From positions 1 through 26,340 of the forward strand of contig JAYVCD010000316.1 of the NCBI GenBank assembly GCA_043750125.1: a stretch of DNA of 26,340 bases, given 5' to 3'. The notes beneath the pieces are model-generated. The model worked only from the letters and a program-made list of their open reading frames with translations, did no database searches and was not told where the DNA came from. This document shows, in pieces, positions 8,313-17,484 of this stretch; positions within the stretch are counted from its first letter, which is position 1; every line of letters begins with the position of its first letter. This stretch comes from Archangiaceae bacterium. GTDB taxonomy: Bacteria > Myxococcota > Myxococcia > Myxococcales > Myxococcaceae. The position numbers were made by a program, and so were the translations under genes.

Positions 8313-10165
8313 TTTCGATGAGCGTAAAGCGCCGGCTGTGGATCGGTTTCCTCGCCAACCTGATGGTCTTGCCGGTGATGCTGGTCACGATGGGCTGGTC
8401 GATTGGGCAGGCAGATCAGATCATGGGCGATTCGGCCCGGCTGACCCGCGCGGCGCAGCAGCTCACGACGCTCTATTCGACCCTGGTCTCGCTGCGGGGC
8501 CCCGCCCGGCCCGGGCGAGAGCCGCTGAACCAGGCGCGCATCGCGTTGGTTTCGATGCACGACGAGCTCACCGGCACGCTGTCGACGCTCGGCTCAGACG
8601 CCCGGCGCATCAACGAAGACCTCACCGTCGAGCCGCTGGAAGCCGACGCGCTGGTCCTCGCCGAGCGTCACACCCTCGAGCTGCTCAAGGCGGTCTGGGC
8701 CAGCTACGAGGCGAATCAACGGCGGGTCGACGAGGTGAAGTCGCGCACCTTCACCGTCTCGTTTTCTGCGGCGCTGGCGGCGGTGATGTTGGCGGTGCTG
8801 GCCAGCGTCTTGATCTCGCGCTCGATCATCGGGCCCCTTCAGACTCTGACCCACCACGCGCTGCGCATCGCCGAGGGGGACTTGCGCGACGCGGTGACGG
8901 TGCCCAGCGATGCCGAGCTGGCGGCGCTCGGCAATGCCTTCAACCGAATGCGCGAACGGCTGGCCTCACTGATCCACCAGCTGTCGGTGCATGCCTCCGA
9001 GGTGTCCGCGACCGCCAAGGCGGTCAAGATCAACACCTCGGAAATGGCAGAGGGCGTCGAGCAACAAAGCTCAGCCACCGAAGAGACGTCGTCGGCAATG
9101 GAAGAGATCGCCGCGCAAATTCAAAGCGTCAGTCGAAACACCTCTGAGCTGGCCGACGACGGAGCGCGCGCCTCGGTCACCGCGAAGGAAATCGGCCAGG
9201 CCGCCGGTCAGCTTTCCGCCGCCGCCAAAGAGCTAGAGTCTGCGATCGAACGATCGGTTCGGTCGGTCGAATCGGTCTCGCAGCGGGCCGAGTCGTCTTC
9301 GAAGAACCTGAGCGAGGCCGATCGTTTCGGGCGCGACATCAGCAAGGAAGCCGAGTCCAGCGGCACCGCGCTCGATGAATCGATTCGGAAAATCGAAATC
9401 GTCGGAGCCGGGTCCCGAGACGCCAGTCGCGCGATCGAGCTGCTGGGCACCCGCTCACGACAGGTGCGGTCCATCGTTCAGACGATGGCGGACATCGCCG
9501 ATCAAACCAACCTGCTCGCGCTCAACGCCGCGATCGAAGCCGCGCGCGCAGGGGAAAGCGGCCGCGGCTTCGCGGTGGTCGCCGAAGAGGTCCGGAAGCT
9601 GGCCGAGCGCGCCGTGGTCGCGGCGAAAGAAGTGGCCGAGCTGTCCGAGGGAATTCACCAGCAGACCGAGTCGACCCTCGTGCTGGCTCGCGAGAATGCC
9701 ACCCGCACCGAGGAAGGCGTGCGGTTGATCGCGGAGACCGGCAGCCGGCTGCGGCGGGTGCTTACGTCGATCGACAAGTCGAGCGCCCTGCTGACTCAGG
9801 TCTCATCGGCCGTCGGCGATCAATCAGAGCTCGCGGTGTTGCTGAAGCAGGAAATGGTGAAGCTGCGAGACCTTTCGGCAGTGCTCTCGCGCAACGCCCA
9901 GACCCAGGCCGAAGCGTCCACCGGCGTCGTGAGCGCGGTCGAACGCATGAGCGCGCGGACCCGGCAGGTCGCCGACGCCACCGTTCAGGTGCGGGTGGGA
10001 GGCGAGCAGGTGGTGAAGGCGGTCGAAAACATCAGCGTCGTCGCCCGGCAGAACCACGACGCGGTGACGCGGGTGACCACTGCGATGGAAACGATGGTGG
10101 TCCGGGTCGAAGAGCTGAAGCTGAGCATGAGCGCGATCAAGACCGCCGGGCCGACGAGCGCATGA
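8309..10165 (+). CDS. Methyl-accepting chemotaxis protein (2 TM, periplasmic sensor, HAMP, long signalling domain)
   Basis: Two hydrophobic segments and a HAMP domain ([23 protein letters not shown]). Hairpin tip [43 protein letters not shown] overlap with cheW. Confidence 0.93.
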   Translation: MISMSVKRRLWIGFLANLMVLPVMLVTMGWSIGQADQIMGDSARLTRAAQQLTTLYSTLVSLRGPARPGREPLNQARIALVSMHDELTGTLSTLGSDARRINEDLTVEPLEADALVLAERHTLELLKAVWASYEANQRRVDEVKSRTFTVSFSAALAAVMLAVLASVLISRSIIGPLQTLTHHALRIAEGDLRDAVTVPSDAELAALGNAFNRMRERLASLIHQLSVHASEVSATAKAVKINTSEMAEGVEQQSSATEETSSAMEEIAAQIQSVSRNTSELADDGARASVTAKEIGQAAGQLSAAAKELESAIERSVRSVESVSQRAESSSKNLSEADRFGRDISKEAESSGTALDESIRKIEIVGAGSRDASRAIELLGTRSRQVRSIVQTMADIADQTNLLALNAAIEAARAGESGRGFAVVAEEVRKLAERAVVAAKEVAELSEGIHQQTESTLVLARENATRTEEGVRLIAETGSRLRRVLTSIDKSSALLTQVSSAVGDQSELAVLLKQEMVKLRDLSAVLSRNAQTQAEASTGVVSAVERMSARTRQVADATVQVRVGGEQVVKAVENISVVARQNHDAVTRVTTAMETMVVRVEELKLSMSAIKTAGPTSA

Positions 10166-10968
10166 GAATTGCCCGCGCAGCCTCGTCCATCGACCCCGAC
10201 CGCCTCGACCCGGCCTGCCTCACGGCATTCGGCCAGCTGGTCCGCGATCGACTCGGGCTTCAGACCGCTCGCAACCGGGAACTGCTCGCCCGGAAGCTGT
10301 GGTCGACCGCCGCAGATGCCGGCCTGCTGGAAACCGACCCTTCTTCCTGGGTCGAACAGCTGGTCCGGTCCTCTCAACACTCGCGGTGCTGGGCGGCGAT
10401 GGCCGACGCAGTCCCCAACCACGAGACGTCATTCTTCCGCGATGTCGAGCAGCTGCAGGGCGCGATCGCGGGTCTGAAGCCAGGCCCCGGCCCGGCCCGG
10501 CTGTTGTCTGTCGGCTGCTCGTCCGGCGAAGAGGTCTTCAGCCTCGTGATGTTGCTGCACGAACAGCTCGACGCGCTGTGGGGCAGGCAGGCCGAGGTGT
10601 GGGGGGTCGATGTGAGCCCCGCGGCGCTGACCCGCGCCCGGCGAGCCTGGTATTCGGCGGGCGCGGTAGATCGCGCCGGGGTGGGCCCGGCGGGGTGGCA
10701 CCACCGGTTTCTGCGTGCAGCCGAAGGCGGCTGGAACGTGCGGGACCTGGTGCGCGCGCGGACCCGGTTTCACGAAGCCAACCTCGCCTTCCCCGAGAGC
10801 TTGGCGGTGTTGGGCCAGTTCGATGTCGTCCTGTGCCGCAACGTGCTGATCCACTTCGAGCCGCAGGCGGCGCGTCTGGCCGTGACGACCCTTCGTTCAC
10901 TGGTGCGGCCGGGCGGAGCTCTTCTGCTCGGCGCGGCCGAAGCCCCCCTGCTGGGGGTCGGACTCTGA
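10162..10968 (+). CDS. cheR: Chemotaxis protein methyltransferase CheR
   Basis: [31 protein letters not shown] and [15 protein letters not shown] overlap with mcp. Confidence 0.9.
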   Translation: MRIARAASSIDPDRLDPACLTAFGQLVRDRLGLQTARNRELLARKLWSTAADAGLLETDPSSWVEQLVRSSQHSRCWAAMADAVPNHETSFFRDVEQLQGAIAGLKPGPGPARLLSVGCSSGEEVFSLVMLLHEQLDALWGRQAEVWGVDVSPAALTRARRAWYSAGAVDRAGVGPAGWHHRFLRAAEGGWNVRDLVRARTRFHEANLAFPESLAVLGQFDVVLCRNVLIHFEPQAARLAVTTLRSLVRPGGALLLGAAEAPLLGVGL

Positions 10969-12017
10969 AGATCCGGGTCGCCCTCGTCGACGACTCGTCC
11001 TTCGCCCGCCGGGCGATGGCTCGCGTTCTCTCTGAGGCCAATGACATTCAAATCGTCGGCTTCGCCTCGAACGGCGAAGAGGCGCTCACGCTGTGCGACG
11101 CCCAGCACCCCGACGTGATGCTGCTCGATCTCTCGATGCCGGTGCTCGACGGCAGAGCCACGCTGGCGAGGCTTCGCTCACGCCCCAACCCACCTCAGGT
11201 GGTGGTCGTCAGCGCCGGGGCCCAGGCCGGCGCCGAGCAGACGCTCGAAGCGCTCGAGCACGGCGCCTTCGACTTCGTCGACAAGAGCAGCGTTCCCCAG
11301 ATGCAGATGCACGAGCTGGGCTCAGAGCTGTTGGGCAAGGTCCGCGCGGCGGCCGAAGCCAGGGTGCGGCCCCACGCGTTGCGGCGGGCTGCGTCGGGCC
11401 CGTCGTGGCGCCAGGCAGTTCCGGGCCTCGTCGTCATCGGGGCGTCGACCGGCGGGCCGCTCGCGCTGAAGACCGTGCTCAGCCAGCTGCCCGCGAATTT
11501 CCCTACGCCGGTGGTGGTCGCGCAACACATCGCCCCGACCTACGTGCCGGCGCTGACCAGGCGTTTGGGCGAAGCGTGCGCCTTGCCCGTGCAGATGGCT
11601 CGATGGAATGCACCGCTCGAGCCTGGAATTCACGTGCTGTCGGCGACCGCAAACACCGAAGTTCGAATTCGGGCCGGAACTCTGGAGCTTGCGAGGAAAG
11701 CCCCCGGTCGCAGCCTGCACGTGCCCACCATCGATGTGTTGTTCGAGACCGCCGCGCAAGCGTGTCCCGGAGCGTGGGGCGTGCTGTTGACCGGCATGGG
11801 TCGGGACGGCGCGGCGGGTCTGTTGGCGCTGCGGGAACAAGGCGGCCTGACCGTCGCTCAAGACGCGCGGACTTGCGCCGTCTACGGAATGCCGCGCGCC
11901 GCAGACGAGCTGAATGCCGCCTGCGCTGTGCTGCCCGTGCATGCGATTGGCACCTACCTGTGCGAGGCCGTTGCCCGCGCGACCGCCCGTGTCGTTGGAC
12001 TGCAGTTCCACCCGTAG
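10965..12017 (+). CDS. cheB: Chemotaxis response regulator/methylesterase CheB (REC + methylesterase), apparent CTG start
   Basis: [10 protein letters not shown] and LLDLSMP (REC). GASTGG, AQHI and LTGMGRDG give the Ser-His-Asp triad. CTG overlaps the cheR TGA (CTGA). Confidence 0.9.
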   Translation: MKIRVALVDDSSFARRAMARVLSEANDIQIVGFASNGEEALTLCDAQHPDVMLLDLSMPVLDGRATLARLRSRPNPPQVVVVSAGAQAGAEQTLEALEHGAFDFVDKSSVPQMQMHELGSELLGKVRAAAEARVRPHALRRAASGPSWRQAVPGLVVIGASTGGPLALKTVLSQLPANFPTPVVVAQHIAPTYVPALTRRLGEACALPVQMARWNAPLEPGIHVLSATANTEVRIRAGTLELARKAPGRSLHVPTIDVLFETAAQACPGAWGVLLTGMGRDGAAGLLALREQGGLTVAQDARTCAVYGMPRAADELNAACAVLPVHAIGTYLCEAVARATARVVGLQFHP

Positions 12018-12031
12018 AGGAGGTGTTCTTG

Positions 12032-12505
12032 ATGCTTGGACAATGGACCGCGCCGTTCGTTGCTGTGGTGTTGCTGGCTGGGTCAGCCGAGGCAGAAGAT
12101 CCGCTCGAGGCAGCGGCTGCGCGCGCAGGGTGTCCGGCGGGCAGACATCACCGCACCGCCCAGCAAGTGGTGGACGATTTCCACGCCACCCTCGCGGCGG
12201 GAAACCTTCACCAGGCCGTGATCTGCAACTACGCCGTCGACGCCAAGGTGCTGACGCCCGGTGGCATCGCTTCGGGACAAGCAGCGATCGAAGCGGGCCT
12301 GGCGGCGTACGGGATGTTGTTTGGAACTGCGATTCCCACCGTGCTGGTCAATGAATCGACCGTCGACGTGGTCTTGATCATCTACTCGTTGGTGACCCCG
12401 TTCGCGTCCATCCCCGATGGCTCAGACACCTATGTCGTCCGGCACGGCTTGATTCGCACCCAGGCGGTTCACGCCACCATCGTGTTCGGTGCCCCGTCAC
12501 CGTGA
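12032..12505 (+). CDS. Exported NTF2-like/SnoaL-like domain protein
   Basis: AGGAGG RBS at 12018-12023. Signal-peptide-like N-terminus ending in AEA. QVVDDFHATLAAGN..NYAVDAKVLTP..G..AI and DTYVVRHGLIRTQ fit the SnoaL_2 pattern. 157 aa. Confidence 0.72.
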   Translation: MLGQWTAPFVAVVLLAGSAEAEDPLEAAAARAGCPAGRHHRTAQQVVDDFHATLAAGNLHQAVICNYAVDAKVLTPGGIASGQAAIEAGLAAYGMLFGTAIPTVLVNESTVDVVLIIYSLVTPFASIPDGSDTYVVRHGLIRTQAVHATIVFGAPSP

Positions 12506-12912
12506 GCTCAGACAAGAAAATCCTGGTGGTAGAGGACTCGGAGTTCGTTCGGCAGATCTACCGCGTGGCCTTCCGAAAAATCGGAGGCTACGAGGTGATT
12601 CACGCCAACAACGGCGCCGAAGGACTGGCCGCGCTCGCCGCGCAACCGCGGTTCGAGCTGGCGATCGTCGACATCAACATGCCGGTGATGAACGGGTTGG
12701 CCTTCATCGAACAACTGCGACGCGCCCCCCGGCACCACGACACCCGGGTTCTGGTCGCGACCACCGAGAGCGCGGACGGAAAGATTCGCGACCTCGTCGC
12801 GCGCTCGGGCATCACCTATCTGCGCAAGCCCTTTAGCCTCGAACGGTTGATCGAGGCTCTGCGGGCGCTGCTTTCTCTGGCCCCGATGTCCATTCCCCCC
12901 GGCACTCCATGA
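12502..12912 (+). CDS. Single-domain response regulator (CheY-like)
   Basis: KILVVEDS, IVDINMPVMNG, VATT and LRKPF. GTGA overlap with the upstream gene. Confidence 0.9.
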   Translation: MSSDKKILVVEDSEFVRQIYRVAFRKIGGYEVIHANNGAEGLAALAAQPRFELAIVDINMPVMNGLAFIEQLRRAPRHHDTRVLVATTESADGKIRDLVARSGITYLRKPFSLERLIEALRALLSLAPMSIPPGTP

Positions 12913-14630
12913 TCGTCACCGAAGCCCACTTCGACGTTTCTCAACTGCACGCCCGCGCTGTCAGGCCGAACACCGTCGGGTCTCTGATTGCTGCTCGACT
13001 GCACTGCCTTGGAGTCTGCCAGGCGTTCGGTCTGGTCGGAGGAGCCGTCGCTCCCCTGGCTGCCGCGCTTCAGCAGACGCCGATCGAGGTCTTTCACTTT
13101 CGCCACGAAAGCGGCGCGGCCTTTGCGGCGACCGAGGCCTACTTCGCCACGGCGCGACCGACCGTGGTCTTCGCCACCAGCGGTCCGGGCATCACCAACG
13201 CACTCACGGGCTTGATGGCCGCCCGGTGGGAAGGGGCGAAGGTCATTCTGTTGTCGGGCTCTACCTCGTCCGCGCTGCGAGGACGCGGGGCGTGCCAGGA
13301 GACCAACGGGTTGACGATGCCGGCCGGAGTCTTCGAGAAGGGGCCGCTGTTCGATTACGCGGTCCAAATCGAAACGGCAGACGAGCTGCCTGCGGTGCTG
13401 CGGCGAATCGAGCAGGGGTTGGCTGGGCCCGGGGGCTTCGTGGCGCATCTGAGCCTCTCGACCGTGCTGCAGACCCAGAAGACTTCCAACATTCAGGAAA
13501 CCCGAGGCGACCTGCACGCTTTGGCCGTCTGTGCTTCGGACCCTGACCTGTCTCACTGCGCGCAACTGCTCGAGAGCGGACCTGCGGCCCTCTGGGTCGG
13601 CTTCGGTGCGCGGCGGGCTTCGGTCGCGGTGCGCCGCCTCGCCGAACGGCTGGGCTGCGCGGTGATGAGCACTCCGCGCGGGAAGGGAATCTTTCCCGAG
13701 ACCCACCCGCTGTACCTCGGGGTCACCGGCCTGGGTGGGCACGCGCGGGTCGAGCAGTACCTGAGCGCAAATCCTCCCGACCATGTGCTGGTGCTCGGCA
13801 CGCGGCTGGGCGAGCCCTCTTCATTCTGGCGGTCGGAGCTCGTGCCGCGAGAGAGCTTCATTCACGTCGACCTCGATCGCAGCGTGCCGGGAGCGGCGTA
13901 CCCCCTGGCTCGGACCCTGGCGGTCCAATCGGACATCGGCCCCTTCGTCGAGGGGGTCCTCAGTCGTCTGCGTGCACCGGCGCGGACGCCCCGGCCCCCG
14001 CCAACACCCCCGGTCGCCTCGTCCAGCCGTCCAGGGCCGATTCGAGCCCACTTCTTGATGGAAACGATTCAGACCGAAGTGATTCGCAACACCGACGCGG
14101 TGGTGCTGACCGAGTCGGGCAATGCCTTCGCCTGGGGAAACAATCTGCTGAAGTTCGACGAGCCCCATCGGTACCGGGTGAGTGTCGGCTTCGGTTCGAT
14201 GGGACACGCCACCACCGGAGTCGTCGGTTGCGCGCTCGCCCGACGCGGGAAGGCGGTCGCGATCGTCGGCGACGGCGCGATGTTGATGAACAACGAAATC
14301 AGCACTGCGGTGCAATACGGCGCCAACGCGGTCTGGGTGGTGCTCAACGATTCCCAGTACGGAATGGTGGAGCACGGAATGCGAATGCAGGGCTTCCGCC
14401 CGGTCGAAACCCAAATGCCTTTGACGGACTTCGTCGCCATCGCGCAGGCGATGGGCGCCGATGGCACCGCGGTGCACGATGAGGCGGCGCTCGCCCCGGC
14501 CTTGCGCAAAGCGATGGCGGCGCGCGGTCCCTTCGTGCTCGACGTGTACGTCGACAAGACCGAGCCCGGACCGTGGATGCGCAGAATTCAGAACTTGATC
14601 CTTCAGGGCGCGCAAGGAGCCGCCTCATGA
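12909..14630 (+). CDS. Thiamine diphosphate-dependent enzyme, acetolactate-synthase fold, ScyA/acyloin-synthase-like
   Basis: RHESGAAFAA (catalytic Glu), TSGPGITN and the ThDP motif GDGAMLM...VLND..YGM. No ilvN/ilvC nearby; coupled instead to a KAS III-like gene. Confidence 0.85.
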   Translation: MIVTEAHFDVSQLHARAVRPNTVGSLIAARLHCLGVCQAFGLVGGAVAPLAAALQQTPIEVFHFRHESGAAFAATEAYFATARPTVVFATSGPGITNALTGLMAARWEGAKVILLSGSTSSALRGRGACQETNGLTMPAGVFEKGPLFDYAVQIETADELPAVLRRIEQGLAGPGGFVAHLSLSTVLQTQKTSNIQETRGDLHALAVCASDPDLSHCAQLLESGPAALWVGFGARRASVAVRRLAERLGCAVMSTPRGKGIFPETHPLYLGVTGLGGHARVEQYLSANPPDHVLVLGTRLGEPSSFWRSELVPRESFIHVDLDRSVPGAAYPLARTLAVQSDIGPFVEGVLSRLRAPARTPRPPPTPPVASSSRPGPIRAHFLMETIQTEVIRNTDAVVLTESGNAFAWGNNLLKFDEPHRYRVSVGFGSMGHATTGVVGCALARRGKAVAIVGDGAMLMNNEISTAVQYGANAVWVVLNDSQYGMVEHGMRMQGFRPVETQMPLTDFVAIAQAMGADGTAVHDEAALAPALRKAMAARGPFVLDVYVDKTEPGPWMRRIQNLILQGAQGAAS

Positions 14631-15721
14631 GCGGCGCGGGGATGAGCGCGCTTGCGGTCCGATTCCCGGCGCGCCGGGTGGGGCCCGAGTATTGGAAAGA
14701 AAAATACCCCCACCTGCTCAGCGAGGCAGCCCATCGGTCGTTGTCCAGAGTGTGGGCGGCGCCAACCGCCGAATCTTCTGCGGCAGTGTTCGACGCCGCG
14801 GCAGCTCCGTACATTTCGGACCCGTTTCGGGGAGGCAAGGATCGCTGGATTCTCGGCGAGGGCGAGGATTCCAGAACTTTGGAATTGGAAGCGGCCCGGG
14901 AAGCGCTCGCGGCGTCGGGGTGGAAAGCCTCAGAAATCGGGCTGATGATCGTCACTTCCTTTCTGCCGGAAAATGTCGCGGTGGGAAACGCCGCCTGGCT
15001 GGCAGGCGAGCTGCGCCTGGGCGGTGAAGCCTTCAACCTCGAGTGTGCGTGCGCGGGTTCGATGGTTGCCTTTCAGTTGGCTTGCCAGTTGGTCCGCAGC
15101 GGCGCGTACGCGCGCGTGCTGGTGGTGACCTCGTGTACCTATTCGCGAATCGTCGAAGACAGCGACACCTTGTCGTGGTCCGTCGGCGACGGCGCGACTG
15201 CGTTCGTCGTCGAGAAGACCGAAGAGGGCCACGGTTGGCTGGGGGGAAAGACGATGCACACCGCTCAAACCTGCGGCGTGATGTACACCGGCCCGGTCGT
15301 GGGGGCCGAAGGCGCGGCGGTGCTGCGCATGAAGCCCGGTCTGCGCCCAGCGGCGGTGCTGCGCGAGACGGCCGAGCCCATTTTGCGCACCTGCGTCGCT
15401 GGAGCGCTCGACGCGGCCGGCTTGCCCCTCGAGGCGATCGACTTCTTCATCACCACCACTCCGACCGCCTGGTACTCGAAGTTCTGTGGACAGGTGCTCG
15501 GGTATCCCGAGAGCAAGACCGTCAACCTCCACCCCCACATCAGCAACGTGGGCCCGGTGATGGTCCCCGCCAGCCTTCACCATGCTGCCAGCCTTCGCCT
15601 GATCAAGCCGGGCGACAAAGTATTGCTCTACGCGATTGGCAGCGAGGCTCAGGCGTCGGCGGCGATCGTCAAGTGGGGGAAGGTCGCGTTGGGTCCTTCG
15701 CGCGCTACCCCGGTCGCGTGA
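14627..15721 (+). CDS. 3-oxoacyl-ACP synthase III (FabH)-like condensing enzyme/acyltransferase with non-canonical active site
   Basis: AFNLECACAG (catalytic Cys), VGDGATAFVV and ISNVGP (Asn). The FabH HQAN motif is replaced by TTPTAWY. AAGGAG RBS and ATGA overlap with the ThDP gene. Confidence 0.85.
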   Translation: MSGAGMSALAVRFPARRVGPEYWKEKYPHLLSEAAHRSLSRVWAAPTAESSAAVFDAAAAPYISDPFRGGKDRWILGEGEDSRTLELEAAREALAASGWKASEIGLMIVTSFLPENVAVGNAAWLAGELRLGGEAFNLECACAGSMVAFQLACQLVRSGAYARVLVVTSCTYSRIVEDSDTLSWSVGDGATAFVVEKTEEGHGWLGGKTMHTAQTCGVMYTGPVVGAEGAAVLRMKPGLRPAAVLRETAEPILRTCVAGALDAAGLPLEAIDFFITTTPTAWYSKFCGQVLGYPESKTVNLHPHISNVGPVMVPASLHHAASLRLIKPGDKVLLYAIGSEAQASAAIVKWGKVALGPSRATPVA

Positions 15722-15805
15722 CCGGCGCCGCGCAACCGCCAGCGAGGTCTCGCGAGAGGCACGCCTCGAGGGAGGCGAAGCGGCCCCGGCTGACTGGCTG
15801 CTGCA

Positions 15806-16209
15806 ATGAGAACGATCTGGGGCGTTGACGTCTGGGCCTGTCACTGAGTGGCAGGCGGGAACGTCATTGCCCCTGGGCTCGGCTGCGAACGATGTCTGGT
15901 CTGTGGGCGACGACGGAATCGCAACCCACTGGAACGGGACGGCGTGGTCCAGCGCAGCGAGCGGAACGCCAAACAACCTGCTCGCGGTCTGGGGGAGCGG
16001 CACGATCGCGTGGGCAGTCGGCGACCGTGGCGACATCCTTCGATGGAATGGGACGGCCTTTGCGGCGGCGACAACCGGCAGCACGAAGACCCTTCATGGC
16101 GCGTGGGGGAGCGGACAGAACGACATCTGGGTAGTGGGGCGTGTGGAGCCGTGGGCCGAACGAGACCTGGGTCGTCGGAGAAGGCGGCACAATTCTTCGC
16201 GGGCCGTGA
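15806..16209 (+). pseudogene. Relic of a beta-propeller-type WGS..DVWAVG repeat protein
   Basis: Repeat fragments occur in different frames: RTIWGVDVWA (15806), NDVWSVGDDG..HWNG / LAVWGSG..AWAVGDRG..RWNG / HGAWGSGQNDIWVVG, then VWSRGPNETWVVGEGGTILRGP* (16141-16209). Confidence 0.7.
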
Positions 16210-16345
16210 TGAAGCGCTCGAACGGCTTGAGCGCGTAGACGGCGCGGGGATATTCCTTCGTCTGCCCGGTGACCAAGCAAGGCCACGACGGGGCCCGCGC
16301 AGGTGTCGTTTGCGCACCGAGGATCGCGGCCGTATACACGCCCGC

Positions 16346-17473
16346 ATGTTCGAACACGCTGCCGCGACACTCGAGAAAGGCTTCCGCCGGTCCGCGATGT
16401 GGGCCTACGCGCTGAACCAGTCGCGCGCGAAGGTTTTGATGGACCCGGTCTATCTGGGGGTCGCCAGGCTGCTGCTGCGCGACACGCCGGGTCCGAGCAA
16501 GAAGCTGCAGAACGAAACGTTCGCGACCAACTTGTTTTTTCCGTATCGCGCGTTGTCGCGAAAGCTGCAGTACTTCATCGAAGACTGGGACTTCAGCGAG
16601 GCGCGGCCCGAGCTGCTCACGCCCCGCCAGCGCCAGATGATGCACACCGTCGCCCTCGGCGAGACGAGTGGAGCGGCGGTCGCGGACGGGTTCTTGCGCG
16701 CGTTTCGCACCCACCCCGAGCTCGCGGCTTTCTTCGGCACCTGGTTCACCGAGGAGCTCAACCACTTCATCGGCTACCACATCTACCTGCGTCAGATGGG
16801 CGAGGCGTGGCCCGCAGCGCGCGGTCTGGAAGTCGCCGAGACCGAGGTGATTCCGTACGCGAGCGACCTGATGGAAGTGGCCGCATGCAACATGTACCAG
16901 GAGCTGCTCGGGTTCCTCGTCTACCGCTCATTCGCCAAGCAGGTGAAGGATCCGTTTCTCGCGAAGATGCTGGCCCAGTTCGCGAAGGACGAGCTGCGGC
17001 ACTTCCGCTTCTACCAGGACGTGGTGGCGCGACACATTCAGGACAACCCTGCGTTCCGCGCGGTGGTGCTCAAGGTCTTTCTCAAAGCCACCTCTCCGTA
17101 CAACCAGATCTCGGGCGGCCCTTCCAACGTGCTCGACCACCTCGCGATGGGCGCGTTCTATTTCCGCAAACCGGAATTCGACTTCTTCCTTCGTGAGAAC
17201 GAGTACCTGTTCGGGACCCAGTTGAGCGGCTTCTGGAACTGGTACTTCAAAGACGTGGCAGCCCCGTGCGCGTTCTGCGCGAAGAGCACCCACCAGTGCG
17301 CGTGCGAGCACTACGAGGACGGCGAGCCGGCTGCGGTCAAGAACCCTCAATGGTGGAAGAGGGTCACCTCGACGCGCGCCCATGATCCCCGCATCGACAT
17401 CGACCTGTGGGCCCAGGCGATTCTCGCGCAGCGCGGCGAGAACCGGAACCGCTCGACCGCTGCGGTGGCCTGA
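16346..17473 (+). CDS. Ferritin-like diiron-carboxylate protein (acyl-ACP desaturase/AurF-like superfamily) with Cys-rich tail
   Basis: Ligand pattern LGE..EELNH..YQE..KDELRH. C-terminal CAFC..HQCAC. ATG at 16346. 375 aa. Confidence 0.8.
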   Translation: MFEHAAATLEKGFRRSAMWAYALNQSRAKVLMDPVYLGVARLLLRDTPGPSKKLQNETFATNLFFPYRALSRKLQYFIEDWDFSEARPELLTPRQRQMMHTVALGETSGAAVADGFLRAFRTHPELAAFFGTWFTEELNHFIGYHIYLRQMGEAWPAARGLEVAETEVIPYASDLMEVAACNMYQELLGFLVYRSFAKQVKDPFLAKMLAQFAKDELRHFRFYQDVVARHIQDNPAFRAVVLKVFLKATSPYNQISGGPSNVLDHLAMGAFYFRKPEFDFFLRENEYLFGTQLSGFWNWYFKDVAAPCAFCAKSTHQCACEHYEDGEPAAVKNPQWWKRVTSTRAHDPRIDIDLWAQAILAQRGENRNRSTAAVA

Positions 17474-17484
17474 CCGACGTTGTT

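Noticed and set aside
12909-14630. Calling the ThDP enzyme ilvB
   Set aside because: No regulatory subunit or ilv genes nearby; context points to secondary metabolism.
15707-15722. TACCCCG half-site as a third operator copy
   Set aside because: The second half does not match, and it lies at a gene end rather than a promoter.
15762-15777. Hairpin CGCCTC-GAGG-GAGGCG after KAS III as a terminator
   Set aside because: Short stem with no U tract; expected by chance at this GC content.
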